Shown: positions 61,942 through 64,000 of the stretch, piece after piece
How the letters are laid out: each line of letters opens with the position of its first letter
Position numbering within the stretch: position 1 is the stretch's first letter
Source of the DNA: Albugo candida
Taxonomy: Eukaryota
DNA length: 64,000 nucleotides
Direction: 5' to 3'
Assembly: GCA_040437565.1 (NCBI GenBank)
Contig: JBDOQK010000017.1
Location: 372,001-436,000 of the forward strand
The notes under the pieces: model-generated
Told to the model about the DNA's origin: nothing
The model's input: the letters and a program-made list of their open reading frames with translations, nothing else
The model's database searches: none
Translations under genes and position numbers: made by a program

Positions 61942-63676
61942 TTACAAATCGTGCAATAAAATTACTGCTACTGCGCGACAAACACTAAGAAAACGTTCCC
62001 AGCTCGCGAGTACGATACACCGAGAGTCTTTTATGACCAAATACCACACGTTGATGGAAGATAAACAACTACACTCAGCATATTAGTTTGTGCAGTGAAA
62101 AGGGAACATGCAAACAAACTCGATCAGTGCTGTAAATAACGTATCCAGTTGGTCGCAAGTCAAGTGACATTCTTGTATTTTGATAAAGACCTTCCACATA
62201 CAAATACCAAGATAAACGCCTGCAATACTAACACGATCACAGTGTAACCTTGTTACCGAATCATTCAAATCGTATAATAAACTCTTCAATTCTTTTGCTT
62301 GAGAGAGACCAGCGCCAATAACAAGAAGCTATCACAATGTGTTATAATGTGCATCTGATTCCCAAAACGTACATACACCATGGACGATCAAATCGATTCT
62401 GTCGGATACACTGGCAAGCTGTTGTTGAGCGAACGTTGGCCGTATTTGTTCCATAATACTTCGATAGAAACTTGATAAACTCCCANNNNNNNNNNNNNNN
62501 NNNNNNNNNNNNNNNNNNNNNNNNNNNNNNNNNNNNNNNNNNNNNNNNNNNNNNNNNNNNNNNNNNNNNNNNNNNNNNNNNNNNNTCACAATGTGTTATA
62601 ATGTGCATCTGATTCCCAAAACGTACATACACCATGGACGATCAAATCGATTCTGTCGGATACACTGGCAAGCTGTTGTTGAGCGAACGTTGGCCGTATT
62701 TGTTCCATAATACTTCGATAGAAACTTGATAAACTCCCATCGTCGTTTATCAAATGAGCCTTTAGGTCGCGTAATGGACTGCTTAGATGCGGATCCAAGT
62801 CCAATCCCGCACTTAACCGCACACTCACTGGCTTCATCTCGTTCCGGAGGATATCAAGTGGCGGCCAGATGCCATCTTTACGTAACGCCACACTAACCGG
62901 CTCCAATTCGTTTGCTTGCGGCACCCAATGACACATTATAATCGCCGCAAAGAAGAGCAAATCTGTCCACGTGAGAATGCCGACAGTCTGCTGACGTGGG
63001 TGGATCTCCATGCGCGCATGTAGGAGGAAAAGAACACAAACGTATTCGCACGCTAATCGTTCAGAAATCCCAAACATATCTCGTATCATTCTGCATGATA
63101 TTCCCTACCAAAGTGGTTACAGAGGAATTATCAATTGGTGTGTCATACTTGAAAATTACGGTCTTCTATTGCGCTGTAAATGCGTCGAAGATTCTCCAAT
63201 TGGCGACGACAACTACAATCATATCATTTTATCCAATAATTGAGATCGTAAAATGAATGTCACCTTTTCAACGATTCATTCGAGTAGTCGCTTATTTCGT
63301 CCAAATCTTTCTGAATTTTTGTATTGTGTTGATTGCCCAAAAACCACCGTGCGACTTGTCCATTCAACGAATAATAACGCTCGATCATATACTGTTGTTT
63401 GATAGGTGGAATTTGGAACAGTAGCTGAGTTTTTAAGAGATTCGGATGCATCAAATAGTGTTCGAGCTTATCATATAACCGATAATGATCAACCAAATCG
63501 TGATAGAGAAGGTTTCTATCAAAAGCATCGACAGCAACGGGAAGACGTGATTCTTTGCAGAGGGAGGTATGTGTATCGTTGACGTTTAAACCATCCAACC
63601 AAAGATCAAATATCGTTTCGTCGATATCAATGGGATCCGTAAGAAATGCGCCAAATACTTGACGCATTTGACACAT
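61942..63676 (-). CDS. FIBP: Acidic FGF intracellular-binding protein homologue, multi-exon (a short extra 5' exon near 63753 is possible)
   Basis: IDETIFDLWLDG, DHYRLYDKLEHYL, QLLFQIPP, MIERYYS, KDLDEIS, SCRRQLENLRRI, WERFL. Confidence 0.88.
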
Positions 63677-64000
63677 CAATGTACGTCAAACAAGGATGTG
63701 GCATAAATAACGTTACCCGTTAAGAAACATAACCGTTCTATTTACCACTGACATTGGAGCATGAAGAGATGGATAATAATCGATCGTTTGACGTGGGAGA
63801 AGAGCGAGTTGCTTCACAGGAAGCCTATGCTTTTCTGAAAGGCGCCATTTCCGTTCGCGAGGAAGGGGACGATCACGTGCAATGATGGAATTTGACGCAT
63901 TTTGATGTGAGTTTAGTGTGCCAAAAGTATGTTGGTGGAGGCTTACTGTTAGGCTGGTGTGTTTCATAACCCTCGGAATGCAATAGTGTTTTGATAGAAA

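Larger units (their letters stand above)
2294..62739. other. Assembly artefacts: 13 gaps of 100 N, 11 flanked by near-identical overlaps
   Basis: Pre-gap segments repeated after the gap: 2294-2982, 3938-5011, 7216-7882, 16605-17339, 37829-38168, 38929-40735, 46146-46629, 48047-49284, 51243-51389, 56182-56709, 62332-62485. Gaps 27018-27117 and 53869-53968 have no overlap. Confidence 0.95.

Noticed and set aside
1-64000. tRNA, rRNA, RXLR or Crinkler genes
   Set aside because: None recognised by eye; tRNAscan-SE and Infernal were not run, so small RNAs may have been missed.

Overview
Eukaryotic, intron-containing scaffold from an oomycete, most likely the white-rust pathogen Albugo (inferred from the signal peptide + CxxCxxxxxG / CHxC effector family, very short introns and extreme gene compaction). 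It splits into two compartments. About 1-38.5 kb is a decayed, tandemly duplicated effector locus: five copies of a CCG/CHxC-type effector, four followed by a convergent minus-strand partner relic, plus a pseudogenised ASPM copy, a degenerate Copia LTR retrotransposon and two intron-bearing Tc1/mariner-IS630-type DDE transposase relics. About 38.6-64 kb is a dense housekeeping block: ASPM, TCTP, GAR1, SmG, MBF1, a PH-domain protein, TMEM14, RPC31, CHMP1, PNP (partial), WDR44 (partial), Csl4, a glycosyltransferase, Snf7/CHMP4, a sugar porter and FIBP. Eleven of the thirteen 100-N gaps are flanked by near-identical overlaps that are assembly artefacts. The most notable signals are that the two best-preserved CCG copies are broken only in the N-terminal module while about 540 downstream codons stay open, that three copies break at the same codons (EESHQEH), and that the CCG motif appears to be one of four internal cysteine modules. 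All identifications are by eye; no database searches were run.
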